Part shown: positions 16,551-23,490 of the stretch, piece by piece
How positions within the stretch are numbered: position 1 is the stretch's first letter
Layout of the letters: every line of letters starts with the position of its first letter
DNA from: Fibrobacterota bacterium
GTDB taxonomy: Bacteria; Fibrobacterota; Fibrobacteria; UBA11236
Direction of reading: 5' to 3'
Length of the DNA stretch: 23,490 nucleotides
Assembly (NCBI GenBank): GCA_043753995.1
Contig: JAYUVP010000068.1
Coordinates: 1 to 23,490, forward strand
Translations under genes and position numbers: made by a program
The notes under the pieces: model-generated
Database searches by the model: none
What the model was told of the DNA's origin: nothing
What the model saw: the letters and a program-made list of their open reading frames with translations, nothing else

Positions 16551-18487
16551 TCGGGTAAATTTTTCCCAAGGGCATCGCGTAACCTTGCGGTTTTCTCTTC
16601 CCCAACGGGGGTGAAGGCGATGCGGCCTCGAGCCTGGTGAAAACCTCGGGAAGGGCTATGGGCACGGGAGCGGGCCGAACGTGGGGCGATGGAATTCAGT
16701 CCCCAGTCGGATAGGGAGCGTTTCCAAATGCCGCCCGCGCCGACGAAAAGAAAACCATCCTGGATATGCATGGACACCACGGGGTGGAGCGGTGGCAGAC
16801 CTTCATTGACAGCAGTCCAGGTGACGCCCTTGTCGCGCGAAAGGGTGATGCCCGAATCGGAGGCGGCGAAGACCGCGTCCTTATAAATGAGGAGACCCAT
16901 TAAATGGCTGACGGAATTGCCATCGAGGGTATGGGTCCAGGTGGCGCCTCCGTCGGTGGAACGGTATAGGCCATCCAAATATTTACCGGCGAATAGGGTA
17001 TCGCCCGTCGCGGCAAGCCTATCTATTCCGAGCGGGGGGTTATTCGAAGGCACAAGTTTCCAAGTACCCTCAGCGGAGTCGAACTTGGCGACGCCCAAAG
17101 CGGTGCCGCCGAAAAGCCCGGCCTTTGTTTTCGCCAGGCTACGTATCCCCAGAGTTACCCCATCCTTCATCGATTGCCAGGTGCGACCCGAGTCTTGCGA
17201 GCGGAAAAATCCGCCGGTATCCGAGTTCAGGAAAAGGTCGCCACCCACCACCGAAAAACCTGAAAACTTTCCGCCCGGCCAGGGCGTCCATTTTTCCCAA
17301 GTGTTGCCGAGATCGGAGGAGCGAAAGAGTTGGTCGTGCTCTAACACGGTGATGGCAAATTGGCCCAAGGCGAAAACCATATTGGGGATGCTTTTGAATT
17401 TCGCTTTACTCGACAAATAAGTCCAGTGGGATCCAGAATCCCTGGTGGCATAGAGGCCTTCATGGGTTGCCGTCAATAGGCGGCCTGGCCCGAATTCAGC
17501 CATCGCGAGAGCCGGTCCACTTCCGAGGCCAGTATTCACGCCATTCCAAGTCGCGCCCTGATCGCCCGAACGATAAACACCGTGCACCGTGGCGGCGAAT
17601 AAGGCATTTCCCAGGGGGAGAATGTCGCTGACAAAGGAGGTATTTCTCTCGTTGAAAAAGGAAGAATCCCGTGTCCAGGTCATCCCATTGTCCGGGGAAC
17701 GAAAAAGGCCATCCTCATTGTTCATGGCGAATAGCCGATTGCCCACGGCATTGAAGGAATAGAATGCGGGATTCTCGACTCCGGGATCCAACTGGATCCA
17801 ATGGGCGCCATTATCCGCGGAGCAATACAAAGCGTAAAGGGAACGCGCGAACAAAAATTCCTCATTGCGACTCACGCCAACCATCACGGTGTCCTTCGCA
17901 TCGGGATCGGACCGGGACCAGGTAGCGCCGTCGTCCAAGGATCGATAGAAGCCGGACTCGGTGGCCGCAAAAATCATGAGCCCGGATGCGGCCACGCCGA
18001 CGATCGGTCCCGTGAGGCTCACGGGAGTGATCCGCGTCCAATGCGCGCCCTTATCGCGGCTGCGATAGATGCCACCCTCCAGGGTTCCGGCCAGCAGGGC
18101 ATCGCCCGCGAAGCAAAGGGTCATGACCGCAGTATCGGTCAGGCCCGTATTGACGCGTAGGAAGGGCGAACTTTCTCCGGCGCGGGCCCAGACCCCCCGC
18201 GACGAACCGAGATAGACCGCGCCATTGCGGGCGGCCAGGGAGGTGGGTATCCCGTATTTGAAATCCAGCCACGACTCATAGTCTTCCCAAGTCTCGCCTC
18301 CGTTGCGAGAAAGGCTGGCACCGGTACTGTGGATGATGTGTAGATCGGCTCCATCGACGGCCATGCCAAGTATGCGAGGGCCAGCAGGACCATTGGTGGG
18401 AGTCCAGGCCGCGGAAGCGTAAGCAGGAAGCAGGGCGGCGAAAATCAATATCGAAGAAAACGTGCCTCGGATCATGGATAGGAGCAT
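16547..18487 (-). CDS. Secreted BNR/Asp-box repeat beta-propeller protein (YCF48/VPS10/GH74-like fold) with basic C-terminal tail
   Basis: About 11 S/T-x-D-x-G-x-[TH]-W Asp-boxes (e.g. SRDKGAHW, SLDDGATW, SPDNGMTW, STDGGATW). Signal peptide ending AYASA. Ends RDALGKNLPD. Start uncertain (18511 GTG, 18487 or 18475 ATG). Confidence 0.8.
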   Translation of the reverse strand: MLLSMIRGTFSSILIFAALLPAYASAAWTPTNGPAGPRILGMAVDGADLHIIHSTGASLSRNGGETWEDYESWLDFKYGIPTSLAARNGAVYLGSSRGVWARAGESSPFLRVNTGLTDTAVMTLCFAGDALLAGTLEGGIYRSRDKGAHWTRITPVSLTGPIVGVAASGLMIFAATESGFYRSLDDGATWSRSDPDAKDTVMVGVSRNEEFLFARSLYALYCSADNGAHWIQLDPGVENPAFYSFNAVGNRLFAMNNEDGLFRSPDNGMTWTRDSSFFNERNTSFVSDILPLGNALFAATVHGVYRSGDQGATWNGVNTGLGSGPALAMAEFGPGRLLTATHEGLYATRDSGSHWTYLSSKAKFKSIPNMVFALGQFAITVLEHDQLFRSSDLGNTWEKWTPWPGGKFSGFSVVGGDLFLNSDTGGFFRSQDSGRTWQSMKDGVTLGIRSLAKTKAGLFGGTALGVAKFDSAEGTWKLVPSNNPPLGIDRLAATGDTLFAGKYLDGLYRSTDGGATWTHTLDGNSVSHLMGLLIYKDAVFAASDSGITLSRDKGVTWTAVNEGLPPLHPVVSMHIQDGFLFVGAGGIWKRSLSDWGLNSIAPRSARSRAHSPSRGFHQARGRIAFTPVGEEKTARLRDALGKNLPD

Positions 18488-18542
18488 AGGAAAATCCAGG
18501 CGCCTCGCCACGTTGTCATTTCATTCGGGGGCCGGAGCGCCT

Positions 18543-19169
18543 TTAGGGTGCGGAGGCGGGCATCTCCACGAGATTCACCACCGACGCCCAGAAGTCCAGG
18601 GGTGACTGTTCGGGGGGCGTGGCCACCAGTTTCTCCAGGGCGAGATCGGCGGCGCCGTGCACTAGGGACCAGTGGGCGAGAGTCAAAATCGATGCCTCCA
18701 TGCCGGGTCGCCAACCTTCGGCTTGGCAGCGCACGATCTGGCGCTCCAGCAATTGGAACGAGTCATAGGCCTCGGGGCAAGGCAAATCGGCTGAGAGGGA
18801 TTTCCCTTTGCCGGAGAACAAGAGCCGGTACATGCCAGGGCGGGCCAGGGCAAAACCCACATAAGCCCGACCCATGGCACGCAGCCCTGAAAGACCCTCG
18901 GGGGAGCCATCAAGCGAGCGTTCGAGCTCTTGGTACAAGTCTTTCCAGCCGCGGTCTATCAGTGCCGTAAGCAAGGAATCGCGATCCGGAAAATGCCGGT
19001 AGGGCGCGGTCTTAGAGACTCCGGCGCGCGCAGCCAGATCACGCAGGCTAAGGGTTGCGGCTCCTTTGGATTCAAGGTCGATGAGGGCCAGATCCAGCAA
19101 TTCTTCGCGCAGTTTGCCATGGTGATAAGGCTTGGCCGGAGCGCGCACCGATTTCGAGGGAGAAGCCAT
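18543..19169 (-). CDS. TetR/AcrR family transcriptional regulator with WHG-type C-terminal domain
   Basis: YHHGKLREELL, HTH LSLRDLAARAGVSKTAPYRHF, GRAYVGFA..RPGMYRLLF and WSLVHG. Confidence 0.93.
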   Translation of the reverse strand: MASPSKSVRAPAKPYHHGKLREELLDLALIDLESKGAATLSLRDLAARAGVSKTAPYRHFPDRDSLLTALIDRGWKDLYQELERSLDGSPEGLSGLRAMGRAYVGFALARPGMYRLLFSGKGKSLSADLPCPEAYDSFQLLERQIVRCQAEGWRPGMEASILTLAHWSLVHGAADLALEKLVATPPEQSPLDFWASVVNLVEMPASAP

Positions 19170-19183
19170 GCGGAAAAATTAGT

Positions 19184-19232
19184 GTTGGCAGCGCCAACTT
19201 TGGAGGGTAGGTTATGTAGGCATTGCCAACAT
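19184..19232. promoter_or_regulatory. Two palindromic operators (GTTGGC-N3-GCCAAC) overlapping a putative sigma70 promoter
   Basis: GTTGGC-AGC-GCCAAC (19184-98, perfect) and ATGTAGGCA-T-TGCCAACAT (19214-32, one mismatch). TTGGCA (19185-90)-17 bp-TAGGTT (19208-13) points toward the oxidoreductase gene. Confidence 0.75.
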
Positions 19233-19283
19233 GTCCTTGACATTCCCCGCGGCCCGAAGCGTCGCTCCTGGAGACACCCCACC

Positions 19284-19871
19284 ATGACAAAACCCACTCG
19301 TATCCTCGTGCTGGACGGCCACCCCAATGACGAGAGCTTTTGCCGCGCCCTAGGCGAGGCCTATGAGCGAGGTGCGCTGAAAAGCGGTGCCGAGGTACGC
19401 CGCACCGTGCTCGCCCATCTCGCTTTCGATCCCATACTCCACCAGGGTTTCCAGAAGCGCATGGACTTGGAGCCCGACCTCCTCAAAGCGCAGCAAGACA
19501 TTCTCTGGGCCGACCATCTTGTGGTGATTCATCCGGTATGGTGGGGCACCTATCCTGCTCTCCTCAAAGGTTTCTTCGACCGCGCCTTCCTGCCGGGTTT
19601 TGCCTTTCGCTACCGGCCCAATAGCCCTTGGTGGGACAAGCTCCTCACAGGCCGCTCAGGCCATATTATCTACACGGTGGATCAGCCCCTTTGGTATTTG
19701 CGCTTCGTGAACGGACGCCCCTCCGAACTCTCCCTGAAGCGCATGATACTCGGGTTTTGCGGAATAGCACCGATTCGCGCGACGGGCATCACTCCGATAC
19801 GCGATTCAACGGAAGCCTTCCGCACGAAGTGGATCGCGAAAATCGAGGAATCGGGACGGAAGCGACGTTAG
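19284..19871 (+). CDS. NAD(P)H-dependent oxidoreductase, flavodoxin-like fold (NQO/KefF/MdaB-like)
   Basis: ILVLDGHPNDESFC, LEPDLLKAQQDILWADHLVVIHPVWWGTYPALLKGFFDR, PGFAF and LLTGRS. GGAG RBS at 19270-73 before ATG 19284; the track's longer start at 18930 overlaps the TetR gene. Confidence 0.92.
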   Translation: MTKPTRILVLDGHPNDESFCRALGEAYERGALKSGAEVRRTVLAHLAFDPILHQGFQKRMDLEPDLLKAQQDILWADHLVVIHPVWWGTYPALLKGFFDRAFLPGFAFRYRPNSPWWDKLLTGRSGHIIYTVDQPLWYLRFVNGRPSELSLKRMILGFCGIAPIRATGITPIRDSTEAFRTKWIAKIEESGRKRR

Positions 19872-19996
19872 AAGCCATCTCAAAATGGCTGGTCCACAAT
19901 GAGGGCGGAATGCAACCCGCCTGGCAAGGCACGAGGAGCGTCGCTTACCGGGAGTATGCAAGCGACGAGGAACGAAGCCAGGTGGGCTGCATTCCG
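19872..19996. repeat. Long nested palindrome (possible MITE/palindromic-element remnant or structured RNA)
   Basis: 20-bp outer arms 19906-25/19977-96 (2 mismatches), 8-bp perfect inner arms CGTCGCTT 19939-46/AAGCGACG 19960-67, and a small AGCCAT/ATGGCT hairpin at 19873-90. Confidence 0.6.
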
Positions 19997-20008
19997 GCCG
20001 AATGACGA

Positions 20009-20119
20009 GGGGGATGCCGAGGCCGACCGTGCTGCGGTGCAATGCGGGCCGAGGCAGGGGGGCGTTTGAATGGCCTAGATCGAGGGGCCGAGCCCCCCGT
20101 CCTTTGCGGGTTACCCTAG
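20009..20119. repeat. Dispersed structured intergenic repeat, copy 3 (111 bp)
   Basis: Same conserved blocks as copies 1 and 2. Ends 2 bp before the minus-strand stop of the hybrid kinase (20122-24). Confidence 0.92.
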
Positions 20120-20121
20120 CT

Positions 20122-21759
20122 TTACGCTGATTTAATGAGTTGTCGCGTGCAAGCTTTGGACAGGGCCTCAGCCAATTGATTGCTGGAAAAAGGCTTGCGC
20201 AAGTATTGCACTTCCCCGCTTTGCACCAGGGGCAGGACGGCGTCGCTTTCATTGTATCCGCTGATGAAAACCACGGGCAAGTCGGGCTTGATCGTGCGCA
20301 AATCTCGAAAGAGTTCCACGCCCGATTTTCCGGCCAGCATGATGTCGAGTACGGCGGCATCCATGGGCATGGCATTCATTTTTACGAGGGCATCCTCGGC
20401 GCTAGAGGCCAAATGCGTTTGATAGCCGCGGCCTTGCAGCATGATTTCGAGGGCTTGCAATATGCCCATTTCGTCATCGACCACCAGCACGCGCAAGCTG
20501 GGTGGCTCAGGAGGAAGGACAGGCGATTTTCTTGAGGTTATGCCGGTAGGGGAGGGGATAAAAGAGGATTCCGGCACCGGGCGAAGGGTTCGCGAGGTAA
20601 CACTTGCGTTAACCTGCTTTTCACTGGCCACAGGTATCCACACTTCGAAGGCGGTGCCGCCTTGGGGAAGACGCAGCACGCGCAAACTGCCTTTATGCGA
20701 ACGCACGATGCCCAGCACCGAAGCGAGGCCGAGGCCCCGACCCGTGGACTTGGTGGTGAAGAAGGGGTCGAAGATTCGGGTCAATAATTCCTGGGGAATG
20801 CCACATCCGGTATCGGCGACTTCGAGCACGACATAATGTTTTTCGCTGAGGGGGATGGCGAAGCCTTGGGTGCTCCCGGAAAGGGGGCCCGCATCGCGCG
20901 GCTCGGCACGCAAGGTCACCGTCCCTTCGCCCACGATGGAGTCGGCGGCATTGTTGAGGAGATTCAACATGACCTGCCGCATCTGGGTAATGTCACCTTT
21001 GATAGAAGGCAAGGATTCCGGCAGGTAAGAAACCAAATGAATGCGGCGGGGAATGCCCACGCGACAAAAATCCATGGTCTCCTTCGCCAAGTCGGCGATG
21101 TCAAGGCTTTGTTGGCTAAATCGCGCACGCCCCGAATAAGCCAGCATTTGCGCGGTCAAATCGGCGGCTCGCTCCGTGGCTTGGTGTATGCAAGCCAGGT
21201 AACGCGCAAGATGCGAGGAGTCGAGGACTTGCTTTTGGGCCAATTCGGCATTGGCCAAAATGATGCCGAGAATATTGTTGAAATCATGGGCGATGCCGCT
21301 GGCCATGAGGCCCATGCTTTCGAGACGCTGGGTTTCGAACAGTCGCGCCTGCATGCGCGAATTCTCGCTCAGGATACGACCACGCTCTAAGGCATTGCGC
21401 AGGGTTTTTTCGAGCAAAAAGGGCTCGATATGATCTTTCACCAGATAATCGCTGGCGCCCAGGGCGATGGCTTGCACGCCTAAGCGCACGTCTTCCTTGC
21501 CCGAAAAAAGCACCAGGGGCCGCAAGCATCCATTTTCAATGGCCTTGCGTATTAAATCGGACCCGGATTGCGGCCCGAGATAATGATCGACCAAGGCGAT
21601 GTCAAATTGGTTTTCGCAGGCCGCCTTCAAGCCCTCGTCATATTGGGTGACCCATTGCAAATCGACTCGGAGATCGGGAATCGAATCAAGGTTGTTTTGC
21701 AAAATATCGGCATCCATCCTGCTGTCGTCGATCAAGAGAAGCTTTAACGATTCAGCCAT
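20122..21759 (-). CDS. Hybrid sensor histidine kinase/response regulator (REC-HisKA-HATPase-REC), cytoplasmic
   Basis: N-terminal REC (LLIDDS...FDIALVDHYL...GASDYLVK), H-box SGIAHDFNNIL, N-box QVMLNLLNNA, DTGCGI, FDPFFTTK, GRGLGL, and C-terminal REC (VLVVDDE...LDIML...ISGY...KPF). Confidence 0.93.
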   Translation of the reverse strand: MAESLKLLLIDDSRMDADILQNNLDSIPDLRVDLQWVTQYDEGLKAACENQFDIALVDHYLGPQSGSDLIRKAIENGCLRPLVLFSGKEDVRLGVQAIALGASDYLVKDHIEPFLLEKTLRNALERGRILSENSRMQARLFETQRLESMGLMASGIAHDFNNILGIILANAELAQKQVLDSSHLARYLACIHQATERAADLTAQMLAYSGRARFSQQSLDIADLAKETMDFCRVGIPRRIHLVSYLPESLPSIKGDITQMRQVMLNLLNNAADSIVGEGTVTLRAEPRDAGPLSGSTQGFAIPLSEKHYVVLEVADTGCGIPQELLTRIFDPFFTTKSTGRGLGLASVLGIVRSHKGSLRVLRLPQGGTAFEVWIPVASEKQVNASVTSRTLRPVPESSFIPSPTGITSRKSPVLPPEPPSLRVLVVDDEMGILQALEIMLQGRGYQTHLASSAEDALVKMNAMPMDAAVLDIMLAGKSGVELFRDLRTIKPDLPVVFISGYNESDAVLPLVQSGEVQYLRKPFSSNQLAEALSKACTRQLIKSA

Positions 21760-21864
21760 GGGATCTCTCCAACATTAAGGAATTACCTTAGTCACTCATT
21801 TTACAACCAAACCCTGCCAATAAGTCAAGACTCGGTTAAATATTATTCAAAGCCCGGAGAATAC

Positions 21865-23103
21865 ATGCCCGATTTTTTGGCGAATCTCAGGTTTTGGCCA
21901 TTTTTCAAAAAAAACACGGATAAGCCCAGCTATCAAGATTTAAAGCAGACCCATGAGAAGTTGGAAGCCTTGCTGCGCGAGCGAGAGGCCGCCGGCGAGG
22001 AGCGCTTTCGCCTTGCCCTGGAAGCTTCGCCGAATGCCATTCTGGTCGCCGATGCCCAGGGATGCATTGCCTTCGTGAATGCCCAGACGGAATCGATGTT
22101 CGGCTATGCCAGGCAGGAATTACTCGGGCAGCCTCTCGAAATGTTGGTGCCTCCATCGGCTAGGCGCGTCCACGGTCAGCACGTGCAGCATTTCCGAGAA
22201 GATCCACAAATGCGCGCCATGGGCGCGGGCCGCGAAGTGAGAGGATTGCGCAAGGACGGTAGCGAATTTCCCGCTGAAATAGCCCTGGGGCCTTTTCGCT
22301 ACGAGGGTCGCCTCAATGTCATCGCCTTTGTCGCCAATATCAGCGCGCGTAAAACCGCCGAGGAGCGCATTCACCGCCAAAGCGGCGACCTCGAGCGATC
22401 GAATCAGGACTTGGAATCCTTCGCCTATGCCGCCTCCCATGATTTGCAAGAGCCGCTGCGTGGCGTGCTCGGCTATTTGCAATTGCTGGAACGCCAATTC
22501 GGTCCCGATTTGCCTCCGAAGGCGCAGCGCTATTTGGCCCAATCCTTGGAGTCGGGCGGTCGCATGAAATCGCTCATGGACGCCTTACTGCATTATTCCC
22601 GAGTGGGTCGCCCCATGGAGGCCGAAAACATCGACGTCAATTCCCTGGTGCAGGAGGTACTGCGTGATTTGCATGCCGCTATCGCTGAGTCGGGCGCCAA
22701 ATTCACTTATGATCCTTTACCGCAAGTGCATTACAATGCCAGCGAATTGCGGCAAGTCATGCAAAATCTCCTGAGCAATGCCATTAAATTCCGAGGGTCC
22801 CGGGCTCCGGAAATTCATATTGGTTGCCGCCGTGACAGTCCCGAAAACGTGTTCTTCGTCCGCGACAATGGCATTGGTATTCCCCTGGATTATCAAGGCC
22901 GCCTGTTTCAGCTTTTCCAACGCCTGCACGCGCGCGCAGCCTATCCCGGGTCGGGCATAGGCTTGGCCATGGTGGCCAAGGCCATTCGCAGCCAAGGCGG
23001 CCGCATCTGGGTCGAATCCGCCCCCGAACAAGGCAGCACTTTTTTCTTTTGCTTAGGTACTGAAGCTCCTGTGGAATCCAAAATCCAAGAGGCAGATCCA
23101 TGA
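21865..23103 (+). CDS. PAS-domain sensor histidine kinase (Cph1-like kinase core), cytoplasmic
   Basis: PAS/PAC (LEASPNAILVAD...FVN...MFGY...GLRKDGSEFPAEI), H-box FAYAASHDLQEPLR, QNLLSNAIKF, VRDNGIGI, FQRLH and GSGIGLA. Confidence 0.93.
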   Translation: MPDFLANLRFWPFFKKNTDKPSYQDLKQTHEKLEALLREREAAGEERFRLALEASPNAILVADAQGCIAFVNAQTESMFGYARQELLGQPLEMLVPPSARRVHGQHVQHFREDPQMRAMGAGREVRGLRKDGSEFPAEIALGPFRYEGRLNVIAFVANISARKTAEERIHRQSGDLERSNQDLESFAYAASHDLQEPLRGVLGYLQLLERQFGPDLPPKAQRYLAQSLESGGRMKSLMDALLHYSRVGRPMEAENIDVNSLVQEVLRDLHAAIAESGAKFTYDPLPQVHYNASELRQVMQNLLSNAIKFRGSRAPEIHIGCRRDSPENVFFVRDNGIGIPLDYQGRLFQLFQRLHARAAYPGSGIGLAMVAKAIRSQGGRIWVESAPEQGSTFFFCLGTEAPVESKIQEADP

Positions 23104-23490
23104 CCACAGCCACCTCTCCAGTCACAAAACAAAAGCATTTGCTCCTCATAGAAGACAATCCCGCCGATGTGGAAATGGTCATGGAGTGGGCCCAGGAAAC
23201 GAATTTTCCCATGACGGTCGGCAGTGTCGAGAACGGCGAATTGGCCCTCGCCGAGCTGGAAAGCGAAGGCGTGATTTTGCCCGATTTAATATTGCTCGAT
23301 ATCAATTTACCCCGCACTTCAGGGTTGGACCTTTTGCAAACCCTGAAAAATGACCGGCGCCTTTGCAAAATCCCGGTCGTGATGCTGACCAGTTCCTCGG
23401 CTCCAGACGATATCGAACGCAGCTATCGCTCCCATGCCAATGCCTATGTGCAAAAGAGCGTGGATTTGAAGGCCTTTTACAAAGCCCTCA
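23100..23490 (+). CDS. Single-domain response regulator of the Rcp1 type, truncated by the window edge
   Basis: Not in the ORF track. ATG 23100 overlaps the kinase stop (ATGA). Reads MTTATSPVTKQKHLLLIEDNPADVE...PDLILLDINLPRTSGLDLL...IPVVMLTSS...SYRSHANAYVQK... Confidence 0.92.
   Translation, partial: MTTATSPVTKQKHLLLIEDNPADVEMVMEWAQETNFPMTVGSVENGELALAELESEGVILPDLILLDINLPRTSGLDLLQTLKNDRRLCKIPVVMLTSSSAPDDIERSYRSHANAYVQKSVDLKAFYKAL

Noticed and set aside
18930..19283. N-terminal extension of the 313-aa oxidoreductase ORF
   Set aside because: It overlaps the TetR gene and its operators on the opposite strand. The flavodoxin fold and an RBS start at 19284.
9986..20119. The 111-bp repeats as integron attC sites or CRISPR repeats
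   Set aside because: A TAAC follows the stop on the minus strand, but it is GGGTAAC rather than RYYYAAC and there is no conserved GTTRRRY at the far end. Flanking genes are convergent rather than co-oriented cassettes. Copies are kilobases apart with no spacer array, cas or intI gene.

Overview
This is a bacterial chromosomal window, GC-rich in coding regions. It is probably from the FCB group, most likely Fibrobacterota, inferred from a T9SS-like C-terminal domain, short basic C-terminal tails and D-S/T-rich secreted proteins. It holds about 17 genes. Secreted or envelope proteins: an 8-repeat carboxypeptidase-regulatory-like surface protein, a DUF4349-like/beta-barrel protein, a clan GH-A hydrolase, a TIMP-like protein, a VIT-domain protein, a beta-propeller lipoprotein, a small hypothetical protein and a BNR/Asp-box propeller protein. 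Others: mntP, an expanded GH116 glucosidase, a YkgJ Cys-cluster protein, an ACT-fused malic enzyme, a TetR(WHG)/flavodoxin-fold oxidoreductase pair with visible operators, and a three-gene two-component cluster cut by the right edge. The most notable unexplained signals are (i) a 110-111 bp structured repeat in three same-orientation copies, each at a tail-to-tail gene junction with its CTAG end at or 2 bp from a stop codon, (ii) a short basic C-terminal tail ending D/G-x-[LM]-G-[RK] on four unrelated secreted proteins, (iii) a bacterial protein whose predicted mature N-terminus is Cys-Ser-Cys as in TIMPs, and (iv) an HTH-like insertion inside the GH116 catalytic domain. No rRNA, tRNA, CRISPR array, integrase or transposase was seen. 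All family calls come from motif recognition by eye; no searches were run.
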